A stretch of DNA of 62,633 bases, the filler included, from Choristocarpus tenellus KU-1152 (Eukaryota; Protista; Phaeophyceae), in assembly GCA_964200185.2 (NCBI GenBank). It is 9 parts of 9 records of this genome, joined end to end, with 100 filler letters (N's around TTAATTAATTAA, not from the genome) between each part and the next. Parts side by side here need not be neighbours in the genome. Positions count along the whole stretch, not along the records: positions 47,700 to 54,054 come from CAXNAD020008321.1; positions 54,155 to 58,774 come from CAXNAD020013763.1; positions 58,875 to 62,633 come from CAXNAD020018101.1; 6 more parts are not named here. One strand, 5' to 3'. The translations under genes and the position numbers were made by a program. This document shows, piece after piece, positions 50,681 through 60,225 of the stretch (the first letter of the stretch is position 1; each line of letters opens with the position of its first letter). The notes under the pieces are model-generated. The model was not told the origin of the DNA, did not search any database, and was given only the letters and a program-made list of their open reading frames with translations.

Positions 50681-51150
50681 TAGCAAGGAGAATGGTAGTG
50701 CTTTCATTGGTGGGAATGTGTTTAGCAAGGAGAATGGTAGTGCTTTCATTGGTGGGAATGTGTTTAGCAAGGAGAATGGTAGTGCTTTCATTGGTGGGAA
50801 TGTGTTTAGCAAGGAGAATGGTAGTGCTTTCATTGGTGGGAATGTGTAACGAGGAGAATCCAAGTGTTTTCATTGGTGGGAATGTATATCAAGTAGAATT
50901 GAAGTGTTTTCATTGATGGCAATGTGCAACGAGGAGAATTGAAGTGCTTTCATTGGTGGGAATGTGTTTAGCAAGGAGAATGGTAGTGGTTTCATTGGTG
51001 GGAATATGTGTAACAAGGAAAACGGAAGTGGTTTCATTGGTGGGAATATGTTTAGCAAGGAGAATGGTAGTGCTTTCATTGGTGGGAATGTGTTTAGCAA
51101 GGAGAATGGTAGTGGAGAATTGAAGTGTTTTCATTGGTGGGGGAATATGT
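50681..51150 (+). repeat. 42-bp minisatellite, ~11 units, intronic
   Basis: Unit TAGCAAGGAGAATGGTAGTGCTTTCATTGGTGGGAATGTGTT at 50681, 50723, 50765 and 50807, followed by variants. Confidence 0.95.
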
Positions 51151-51789
51151 AACAAGAATCGAAGTATAACCGAGACGGTGAGGTGTTTTGGGCTTCTTTT
51201 CTTTTTTGTGTGAAGTAAGTTTTTAACTCTGAACATTGTGAAGGCGTTTGAAGAAGTTCTTTGATGAGGATGACTTTACTTCTTCAGACATGAACATTCA
51301 CACCCAACAGTCGAAATGCGCTACACAGATAGCTGGGTGTGCTGGGTGTGCTGACAACACCCAACATGTGACGACAGAAACGCTAGAGTGGTCGGTTGAC
51401 ACTCAATGACATCCCCCTCTTGGATGCTTTGGCCCTCGTGTTGCTCGTGGCTATCGTACTTCCTGATCGGGTTCAAACAAGTAGATAAGATAGAATGCTT
51501 TAGTTCAACAGTATGTGCTGTGTAGTGGATGCATGATCGTTCCCTTCAGGCGCTGACTCGAAATTTAGTATACCATGGGTCTTAACCCTCACCCTAACTA
51601 AGTACTACTGTACTGTAGCACCAAATGATGCTGTGGTAGGTGCATGCAAGACTTTTTTTTGGTTTGTTTCTCCTCCTGGCTTGTCAAGTGTTTAACAGTG
51701 CTGGGGGAGGGTCTCCGAGGGAAGGCTAAGCGAAGTTGTTGGGGTTAACCCTAACTCCAACCCTAACCCTATTTTTTGAATGGCTGATC

Positions 51790-51912
51790 GAGTAGCCCTA
51801 ACCCTAAGTATTATATGGCTGTTCAACTAGCCCTAACCCTAAGTAGTATATGACTGTTCAAGTAGCCCTAACCCTAAGTAGTATATGACTGTTCGAGTAG
51901 CCCTAACCCTAG
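51790..51912 (+). repeat. 35-bp minisatellite (~4 units) with an embedded CCCTAACCCTAA telomere motif
   Basis: Unit AGTAGCCCTAACCCTAAGTAGTATATGACTGTTCA/G. Confidence 0.9.
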
Positions 51913-54900
51913 TATTACTGACCAGCGAGAAGAAGATTCAAGTTTTGTCGGGCAAAGTATTGTAATTGTGCTTGTATTGTCCACAATTTGCCACAATATT
52001 TGACCAATCAGCTCTGTTTATGGGTCCTTTGCCACAACAGACGACCAATCAGGCCTGTTTATAGGTCCTTTGCCACGATAGCCGACCAATCAGGCGCTGC
52101 TAACGAATACTCTGCTGCAATAGTCGACCAATCAGCACCAAGTATTCAAAAACAGCCTCTTTTTCAAACCAGTCAGCATACTTGCTCGTACCGGGATTTT
52201 TGACCACCACCTTGAAGGTGTTTTTTCTTTAAGATTCTTGATGCTCAGCAGTTTGTACACTATTTTTTTTTTGTGGGAAATTGGTTTTGGAAAATCGCTT
52301 TCATGCTGCGCACTCTGTAGCCGTTGTAGCAGTAGTTATGTTTTTCTTATTTTATTATGCCTTTGTAGGGCGTTTTTTTTTTTAGGAGTAGCGTCGATTA
52401 TATGTATGCCCTTCTTTGTGGGCCCATGTGTTAGAAAGGAGGAAGTGAGGTACTGCCCGGGTGTAGTGGGAGGTCTCAAGTGCTGATATTACACAGCAGG
52501 CACATGATGCAAGGAGTACATGGTTCAAACAAGATCGGCCACAGTGCAATTTTGAACCAGTCTCACTACCTCATCTCAGGCCTGCTTCTTCCACAACAGT
52601 CATGGAAGTTGGCCCGCCTGGTTGTGGTTTGATTTGGGTACTCCGCCCTAGGATCGATCAGGCATCTTGGGAGTCGAGGACATTGACGGTAAATATGTTT
52701 ATTTTGTGTTCCTGGAAGATGTGGGGTGAGAGTATCCTAAGAGAGACGTATGGCTGAATTTTACGGATTTGTGGAAGAGACTCTTTTCTTTTTTTTTCAA
52801 TGTACCGGGACAATGGAAGATATACCTCTATTATATAGAGGGGTTTTTACCAAACAGAAGGTAGATATTTTTTTTAGCATAGAAGTGGTGGGTCAGGTAC
52901 GAGGTTGAAGGGACTTTGATGATTCAAATTCAAAGAGGCTAGAGCCTCACATGTATGTCTTACATAGTATATATATATATATATATATATATGCAAGTTT
53001 GCATTTTATTGATTCCTTAAGTGGTGTGCTAATTTTGTGAAGATGGAAAGTCATGATGACACGCTTTGCCTTTGCATAGGAGAGAGGACAATTTGTTAGT
53101 AGTAGTAAAAAGTACAATAATGTATTGAGGCATCTCTAGTCCATAGTAGCTCCTTTCACGATCTTGTAGCTATGTAGCGCTACGTAGTGCTACATAGTAG
53201 GATATACGACAGTTCGTGCATCGTCTCTACTCATTCTCGCTCTCTTGTGTTTCTAATTAATGTATACAGTATGGATGTGCAATATTGTGAGTGTTATGAG
53301 TATCATCTTCTTCTTGAGTAAGACATGTCATATTTTCACAATATGCAAGAGGACATCTAGGTTGTTTTCGCTGAGCTTAGCACCCGCCGTTTGTGTGGCA
53401 AGTTCCTACCTGCAGTGCAAGAAGGGATGGCAATGAAGAGTTGATATGTACTGCTACATATGTAGATGTTTTATGTTTTTATTTTACTTCGATAATGACA
53501 CCCTTGATTGTCACATTTTGGGGTCAAGAGCCACACAGGGAAGAAAATAAAGAAAATCTAGCCAAGAGATGAGCGGGCCGTTGTTGTCGTTCTTTTTTAT
53601 TACAAATTGGAGATCTCCACCAATTGGATACGAGGGTATATCGCCTTATCAGCATGACATTACAACTTAAACTTCCAGTGTAAAGGTATACTGATTACTT
53701 TACACAATCATTGCTTCATAGCTAATCAATCGTTTGACTGTTTTCTCCGACTGCATCAATTCCATAATTACTTCCCTGAAGCCCATGCCTGTGGGCTATT
53801 ATTGTAAGAACGGGCAGAGTGGAGGAGATCGTACTGCAGTGAAGATACGGATATAATAATTGATGGAACAGGATGTAGAGGTCGATGTGGAGTATTTTTT
53901 TTATTCTTATCGGCATAAGAAGGGTGCCAATCAATCGATATTCATATCACATCCATCCGTCCATCCGTCCACCCCCCTTCCCCTTCCCCTTCCCCTTCCC
54001 CATTTTTTCTTTTTTTAATGTTATTCCTTATTTACGCAAAAAAAAAAAATAAAANNNNNNNNNNNNNNNNNNNNNNNNNNNNNNNNNNNNNNNNNNNNTT
54101 AATTAATTAANNNNNNNNNNNNNNNNNNNNNNNNNNNNNNNNNNNNNNNNNNNNCCATTTGGGGTCAAACCCATCTTCCATAGTATGCTCCATCCTCAAT
54201 TTTGGTGAGAGGCTGTTATCTGCCGTAAACGGGATTTATTCGCCACTTTGTTCGGTAGAACACAAATAACATAGGATAATAGAAGAGCAATACCTTGTAA
54301 AAATGAAAATAGAGTTGCAGTTGTACAAACTCCATTACCACATAAAAGAATGATGAGACAAACACTATGGGGAAATACATCGCCCATTGTACTGCTCTAT
54401 TTTCCTAATATTTCATCCTTTTTTGTCTTATCCATCTAACATCATTTGATTTGTATCTATTTCTACTTACAGTATTATTCGATCCTCTTCTACAACCCAA
54501 TTAGATTTATTTGGATTCCTTGTTACATTATTATTAGACTCTTCTTCTGGCGTCAAATTCATCCTTAAATGCGCGTTTCGTTCGCGCGGCGTGGATTCCA
54601 CGCGTGAACCGCGCGCGGATTAATTCATTTATTTATGGTCCTGTATTTCTCATGACTACTGTAAGTTGACCAACCGAGACTCATCAAATAAGGTTAAGCA
54701 TGCTGATGTGATTACAACAAACGAATTTGCATGAAAAAAATGTTGTTGATCAAACGTTACGACAGGACTAAGTTGATGCAGGAGGCGACTGCTAACACTG
54801 TATCACTCCATGTTATTTATTGTGAAGCATGACATTTTAATCCGTTTCAGTTCAACTAATCGGAATAACCAAGGATAACCGACCTGAAAAAATTCGCCCA

Positions 54901-55725
54901 TTTGTGGAAAACAGGTTTTCTATTGTTATACCGTTATTTCTGTAGTCATATTCTGTTACACCAGTTGAGGTTTCCTTGTCAGGAATCCCCAATTCCTCTG
55001 CAAGGTCTTGCGAACAACCTCCCACACTCATCCAGCAGCAATGGGGTAACTGCTGCTGCAGCTGAGGTGCGAAATCGCACCCACTACGAGGTATCTTTTA
55101 ATCCTTGTAGTTATATATAGTTTTTGGGGGTTTCCCCTCTGACTCATCTGCAAAATGTCAGAGGGCATAATAGTAAAATATTCTTGTAGTTATATCCTTA
55201 ACACCTTCACAGTGGAAAGTTTTGGGCACCTCGGTAGGCAAGCAGAACGTTTTCTGGGTGAGTAAGCTACGTGCGTGGTAGAGGGGAGAGGGGCAGGAGG
55301 CTACACCAGGAAAGGGGCTGTCAAATCCCGTCTATTGCAGATGGTCTCTGTCACAACACAAGTAGCCCTATCTAGACGTGTCGTGAGTTTTAAGATGGAG
55401 ACACCAGGGAGATGGGCAAGGAGGGACTTGTTAGATTCTTGGGATGCTTCCCTACCTCCTCACTCTGGGGTGCAGGACTAAGCTAGGTTGGAGGCACAGG
55501 AGAGTAGAAGTGTAACATATCTGGTAGTAAAACATTAAGTGATAGAAAAATGTTTTTCGAATTTAAATATACCTCCACTGTTACTTTTTGAGAGGTTGTA
55601 CTGACATTTGAATGGTTTTTCATTGGTTTTTCTCCTGACACATCAGCAAAATGTCAGAGAGCACAAAAATAAAATAAAGTAATAATTGAGGTGACCACTG
55701 TTACTTTTTATGGGGTTGTTCTAAT

Positions 55726-55869
55726 AACAGCCGATTTCAAAAATTGAGGATGGAGCTTTTCATTGAGGATGACGACAATACAAAAAAAAACATATCGACA
55801 CTTTAACCCAGTCAATTTTGGATCAAGCCCATCCTCAAGCTCCATCCTCAATTTTTGAAATCGGCTGTT
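55726..55869. mobile_element. 144-bp MITE with perfect 33-bp TIRs; diverged end of a relative at ~54187-54217
   Basis: AACAGCCGATTTCAAAAATTGAGGATGGAGCTT and its exact reverse complement AAGCTCCATCCTCAATTTTTGAAATCGGCTGTT. Confidence 0.85.
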
Positions 55870-56248
55870 TAGTATTGAATTTTCTTTTCATCAGTTTTTC
55901 CCCTGACATATCTACAAAATGTTGGAAGACATAATAGTAAAATAATTGAGGTGTGGAATCTTTCAAGAAGAGACGAATCACACAAGTAATGGACATCTCT
56001 TCAACCCAAGATGCTACACATCAAGGGTTCTCTTTGCTCTCGCATCTTCACCTTTGTGATGATCCTTTTCTCGTCAGATTTTCATCACTCCACAATTCCC
56101 GCAAGTCCTTGCAGTCTAGCACTTGTCAAACCTTAACTTCGTCCTCTCGGTTACGGTTCGTCTTGGTCTGTCTGGTCTGTTTTGGTTGGTGATTCTCTTC
56201 ATCACCCTTCCCTGAGCGAGCCACGCCACCATAGAATCACACGATTCA

Positions 56249-56302
56249 TGACAACACTGGTGAGATTCGAACTCTCGCGTGTGAAGCACACAAACTTGGC
56301 AG
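56249..56302 (-). pseudogene. 3' half of a type-II tRNA, most like tRNA-Ser(GCT), degenerate
   Basis: Minus strand CTGCCAAGTTTGTGTGCTTCACACGCGAGAGTTCGAATCTCACCAGTGTTGTCA shows an anticodon loop, long variable arm, T-arm (GAGAG-TTCGAAT-CTCAC), acceptor 3' strand and a CCA-like end (TCA). No 5' half. Confidence 0.6.
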
Positions 56303-56423
56303 TTTTTTACATCGTATAGCGTTTGCTCCTCTCATCTCCTTTCTGATCCTCTCTTTATACAAGATACAAGAGACCTTTATGTTGGCAACATACACTTCTC
56401 GCCTCGTATTTAGGCTGATTGCT

Positions 56424-56686
56424 GAGTGAAAGTATCTTAGGGTTAGGGTACGAGTTTTGCCCTGTTTGTCCGTTTGAGGTTTGGCTTCCCTCGTTTTTTT
56501 TAATGAAATTTTCCTACTCCAAAATATTTCGGAATAGGTAAAATGTACACGTTATGAAAAGTTGTGTCCGCAACAAGGATATTGACACTTCCTAACAAAC
56601 ACGATAGCCAAAATTACATCAAAATCACAACATTAGATTTTGGACCCCAAATGGACGAGGCTCTACCCTCTAAGGTACTTTAGCTC
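56424..56686. mobile_element. Family-A MITE with a 4-bp TSD (TGCT) and a telomere-motif insertion in its left TIR
   Basis: TGCT|GAGTGAAAGTATCTTAGGGTTAGGGTA...TACCCTCTAAGGTACTTTAGCTC|TGCT. Confidence 0.8.
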
Positions 56687-59600
56687 TGCTATGCTGATGC
56701 CATACTCTCAGACCTCGTAAGCTTGATTCGTACGCTGAACATATACCATGAACCTTAGGCTAATGATATCCTGATCACATATTAATTAATGTCTCATTTA
56801 ATTATTACATTTCATTTTGTATGGATGGAATTGTGTAATATTATGGTCCACTACTAACAGTCACGCATGTTTCCCATCTTGCTCCCAGAGCTCACTTTTT
56901 GGTTGACCTCGAATCATGTTTAGATGGCTTCAAGGTCGATCAGAAAGGGGGGTTATGTGGAAAGTAGGTTTGTCTCACCAACATGTATCTTGTATTTCTG
57001 TGGCAACGTGGTTCACTCAGGCAAGGGTGGTGAAGAGAATCATTGGGGAACACGTACCAGACGCACCACCAAGACGGACCGTAGCCGAGAGGACGAGGTT
57101 AAGGTTGGACAAGCACAAGACTCCACGGACTTGCAGTAAATTGTAGAGTGATGAAAATCTGACGAGAAAAGGATCATTACAAAAGCTAAGACGTGTCAAC
57201 AAAGAGAATCCTTGATGTGTGACATCTTGGGTTAAGGAGATGTCCACTACTGGTGGGATTGGTTTCTTGAAAGATCCCACACCTCAATTCTTCGTAAGAC
57301 CTTCCAATGCAATCGGGGATTCCTGAGAAGGAAATCTCAATTGGTATTACGGTACATGGCACACAGCAATAACAGTACAACAACGGACAAACCTGCTTTT
57401 CACACGTTCATTCTTTCAAAAATCACTATCCAACCAAAAGTGAGACTATTGAATGTGTCAGAGGTCACAGAAACACACTTTCGATACAAAGTGTCACAAC
57501 CCATCACTCAACACACATTGCCCTTGTTCATGGGTTCGGATCCGCCTACTGAGACCTTGGGCTTTTTGCCTGATACCCCAGAAATTCAATCTAATTTACA
57601 AAAAAGTAGGTCTAGTCGACAATATTTTTGCTGTTGCGACACCAACCTCGTAAGGTTTTGACAGCTTAAATACAGGTGTGTATGAAGTATGAAGGAGGGC
57701 ATCAACAGGAGGAGCAGGAGAACCAGGAGGCAATGCAATGGTCGCTTACTTCTACTATGACAATGTAACCCTCTGAGGACAGACAGCACACTCCGGCATT
57801 TCAAGAGCCAGGGTTTAAGGCTTTGTGCTTGGGATATTGGTAGGACTGGAGATAATTTCAGTGTTAGTAAGACTGAGGTTGGGGCATTGATACATCATTT
57901 GGTATTAGAACATTTCATACACTGCACAGTGTGCAACCTATTGTTGAAGGACATTAATGCCCCCTACATTCATACCAGTGAGCCCTATTGAACTATCTCT
58001 TTCATAAAGCTGAAGTCCAGATTGCTCTAAATTTCCCACAATTAAACTTTCCGAAACAGGGGAAGTGGTTGCAACACAAAAAACAGGAGCCCATAGAGAT
58101 GCCATGCAGGAATTACAAACTCCACAAAATCCGAAAACTCATGTATGTACCATTCAGTGAAACTCTCTACTCAAGAAACAAACCAGCAACAGCCATGAGC
58201 TTTTTCTTCAGTGACAGTAGTACTCCAAGCGCTTTGTGGCAACAATGCCTCTCCTTTCAGCCTCTAATCATTTATTCTTTCCACCATTATCAATCGCAAC
58301 TTCAAAATATACACGGGAGAGGGGTGGTGCCATGCTCACAGAGTGCGGACTCCCCCAACAAGGCATCAATGCGCATAACAAAAACACCCTCTTTCTCAAA
58401 ACCCCAAATCACTATTGAGAAGAAACCGTCGACCAAGGGAAATAAATACCCACGCAGTAAGCCGCCAAGAGAGTATTTGGTACTTGGAGTACTTGGGAAA
58501 ATTCCACCAGTGCTTGTATTATTCTTGTTCATCAGACACGGCATATTGTAGTAGCTCTGTACGATGGTCCATTAAAAAATATATATATTTAAGCTCAATT
58601 ATTTATTTCCAAGTGTGCTATCACCCTTCTGTTTATGCTCCTCTCTACTTTAATCTCCTGCCTTCAAGACTGAGTGCTACCATCTTGGTTCCACACCATA
58701 TCATAGCTCTCTTCAAGTCCACCAGCCATCAAGAAAAAAACATCAGGGGGGGGGGGGGGGGAGTGGGAAGGTGGNNNNNNNNNNNNNNNNNNNNNNNNNN
58801 NNNNNNNNNNNNNNNNNNTTAATTAATTAANNNNNNNNNNNNNNNNNNNNNNNNNNNNNNNNNNNNNNNNNNNNCCCCCCCCCCCCCCCTACTAATACAT
58901 TTTATTATTTTACTGTTTTTTTTTTTTGTACCCTCTCTCGGTGTGACTCACAAACCTGCGTGGAAAAGTGACTCTATGGATGGAATATTCCACTCCCCCG
59001 TTGCGGCGTACTATTGTTTACTCCGCTCTTGGTGTGGAACTCCCAGAGCATCACATAGTGTCCCCCCGTGTGGGGAGAAACAAAACGACGCCTACTGTTA
59101 TCAGGGGAGGGATGTGGTAGTGTGATGTGATGTGGGTGTTTTTCAGGAGAGATAGTGTTTCTGATTTTTATAAGTTTTCTACTAAGTGCGCGTGCCTGTG
59201 TGTATGGGCCGTACCAGTGTTCATGGTGGAATGGTTGTTATAACCCTAACCCTAATCCGTAGGGAGAGGGCGGGAGGGGCTCTATAACGTGGATCTATTA
59301 CATTGAAGTAGGTAACGTGGTCGGTTTTAGCTCTATAGAGGGGAGAGGAAATGTTGTCGGATATTTTTTCGAACGAGTCCTGTATTTTTTATCGTTATAT
59401 CGTTGTGACGTCTGGGCTATTCTATTTTTGGTGGAAGTGTTCGTGTTTTTGTTTTTTTTCCTGTGGTTATTACCTCCTTCCAATATTACTGTTAATAGTA
59501 GTGTTATTATTTACTTTAATAACGATTTTAGTATTGTAGTACATTTTTCTGGTAGTATTATTGTGTAATGATAATGGAATGGCACCATTTTTTTATTTCT

Positions 59601-60005
59601 ATAGTAGTACTCTTTTTCGAGCATTACTGTTACTTTGAATATAACTACATGGCAGTAAACCTTGGAGGAGTGGGAAGAGAGGTGCAGTCCCTATCGAGAA
59701 GACCCTACTTATGCACAGCGCAAGTAGGGGTAGGGGTCAGCGGACCTTCACAAGCACACCGGACCAAGACTGTGTAGAGGCAGGCGGTGGTGAGGGTTTG
59801 ACTGAGCCACACTATTTATTTTATTTTATTTTATTTTACAAAAAACTGTAAAGCACTCGTAAGTGCTCTGGATATAAAAACCTAGGAGATCATCACTAAT
59901 ATTTTTTTATATGCGCTAGGTATGAGCGCACAGGCAGTACATACACATATACATACATACATACACAACAAGACTTGAAGTGTCTCATTGGACGAGATCA
60001 TTGCG

Positions 60006-60048
<43 letters not shown>

Positions 60049-60082
60049 TTGTGCATATTTGATCCTGGGTGCTATCTATCAG

Positions 60083-60225
60083 TGTACGGTTTTGGGGGGC
60101 GGTTAGGACCGGATGGTGTGGTGAGCCACTGCTTTCCTATCTGTCCACGGTATGATCATGTGGGGGGGCTGCAGGAGGTGAAGGGCGTGGAGGGCATACT
60201 TGAAGCGTATGCTGCTGCTCTTCAT
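60083..60225 (+). CDS. Single internal exon of a copine (vWA domain)
   Basis: CAG|...|GTGAGC-bounded exon encoding VYGFGGRLGPDGVVSHCFPI...EVKGVEGILEAYAAALH, matching the copine consensus xGFGA..P.GxVSHxF...GxxGxxxAY. Confidence 0.85.

Larger units (their letters stand above)
55946..57287. repeat. Two diverged ~300-bp LTR-like repeats in inverted orientation (~55952-56250 +, 56956-57281 -)
   Basis: Colinear reverse-complement alignment (GATCCTTTTCTCGTCAGATTTTCATCACTC, CCTTAACYTCGTCCTCTCGG, GATTCTCTTCAYCACCCTT). The minus copy reads TGTGG...CCACA. Confidence 0.75.

Noticed and set aside
50681-51150. CRISPR-like appearance and repeat ORFs (SKENGSAFIGGNVF)n on both strands
   Set aside because: Units are head-to-tail with no unique spacers and no cas genes, in a eukaryotic intron. 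The ORFs arise because the unit is 42 bp and lacks stops in several frames.
54995-57770. Possible exons at ~55004-55065 and ~57676-57768
   Set aside because: Splice-like boundaries exist, but the peptides are short, low-complexity and without recognisable homology.
57988-58551. 187-aa ORF, and similar long AT-rich ORFs at 24189, 60978 and 61845
   Set aside because: Non-ATG starts or low-complexity composition, no motifs and no consistent splice structure; likely chance ORFs.
14485-58874. Recurrent TTAATTAATTAA palindrome inside N runs, resembling a regularly spaced motif or array
   Set aside because: Identical 44N-12-44N construction with six-frame stops marks an artificial contig linker. 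Gene adjacency across these points has no biological meaning.
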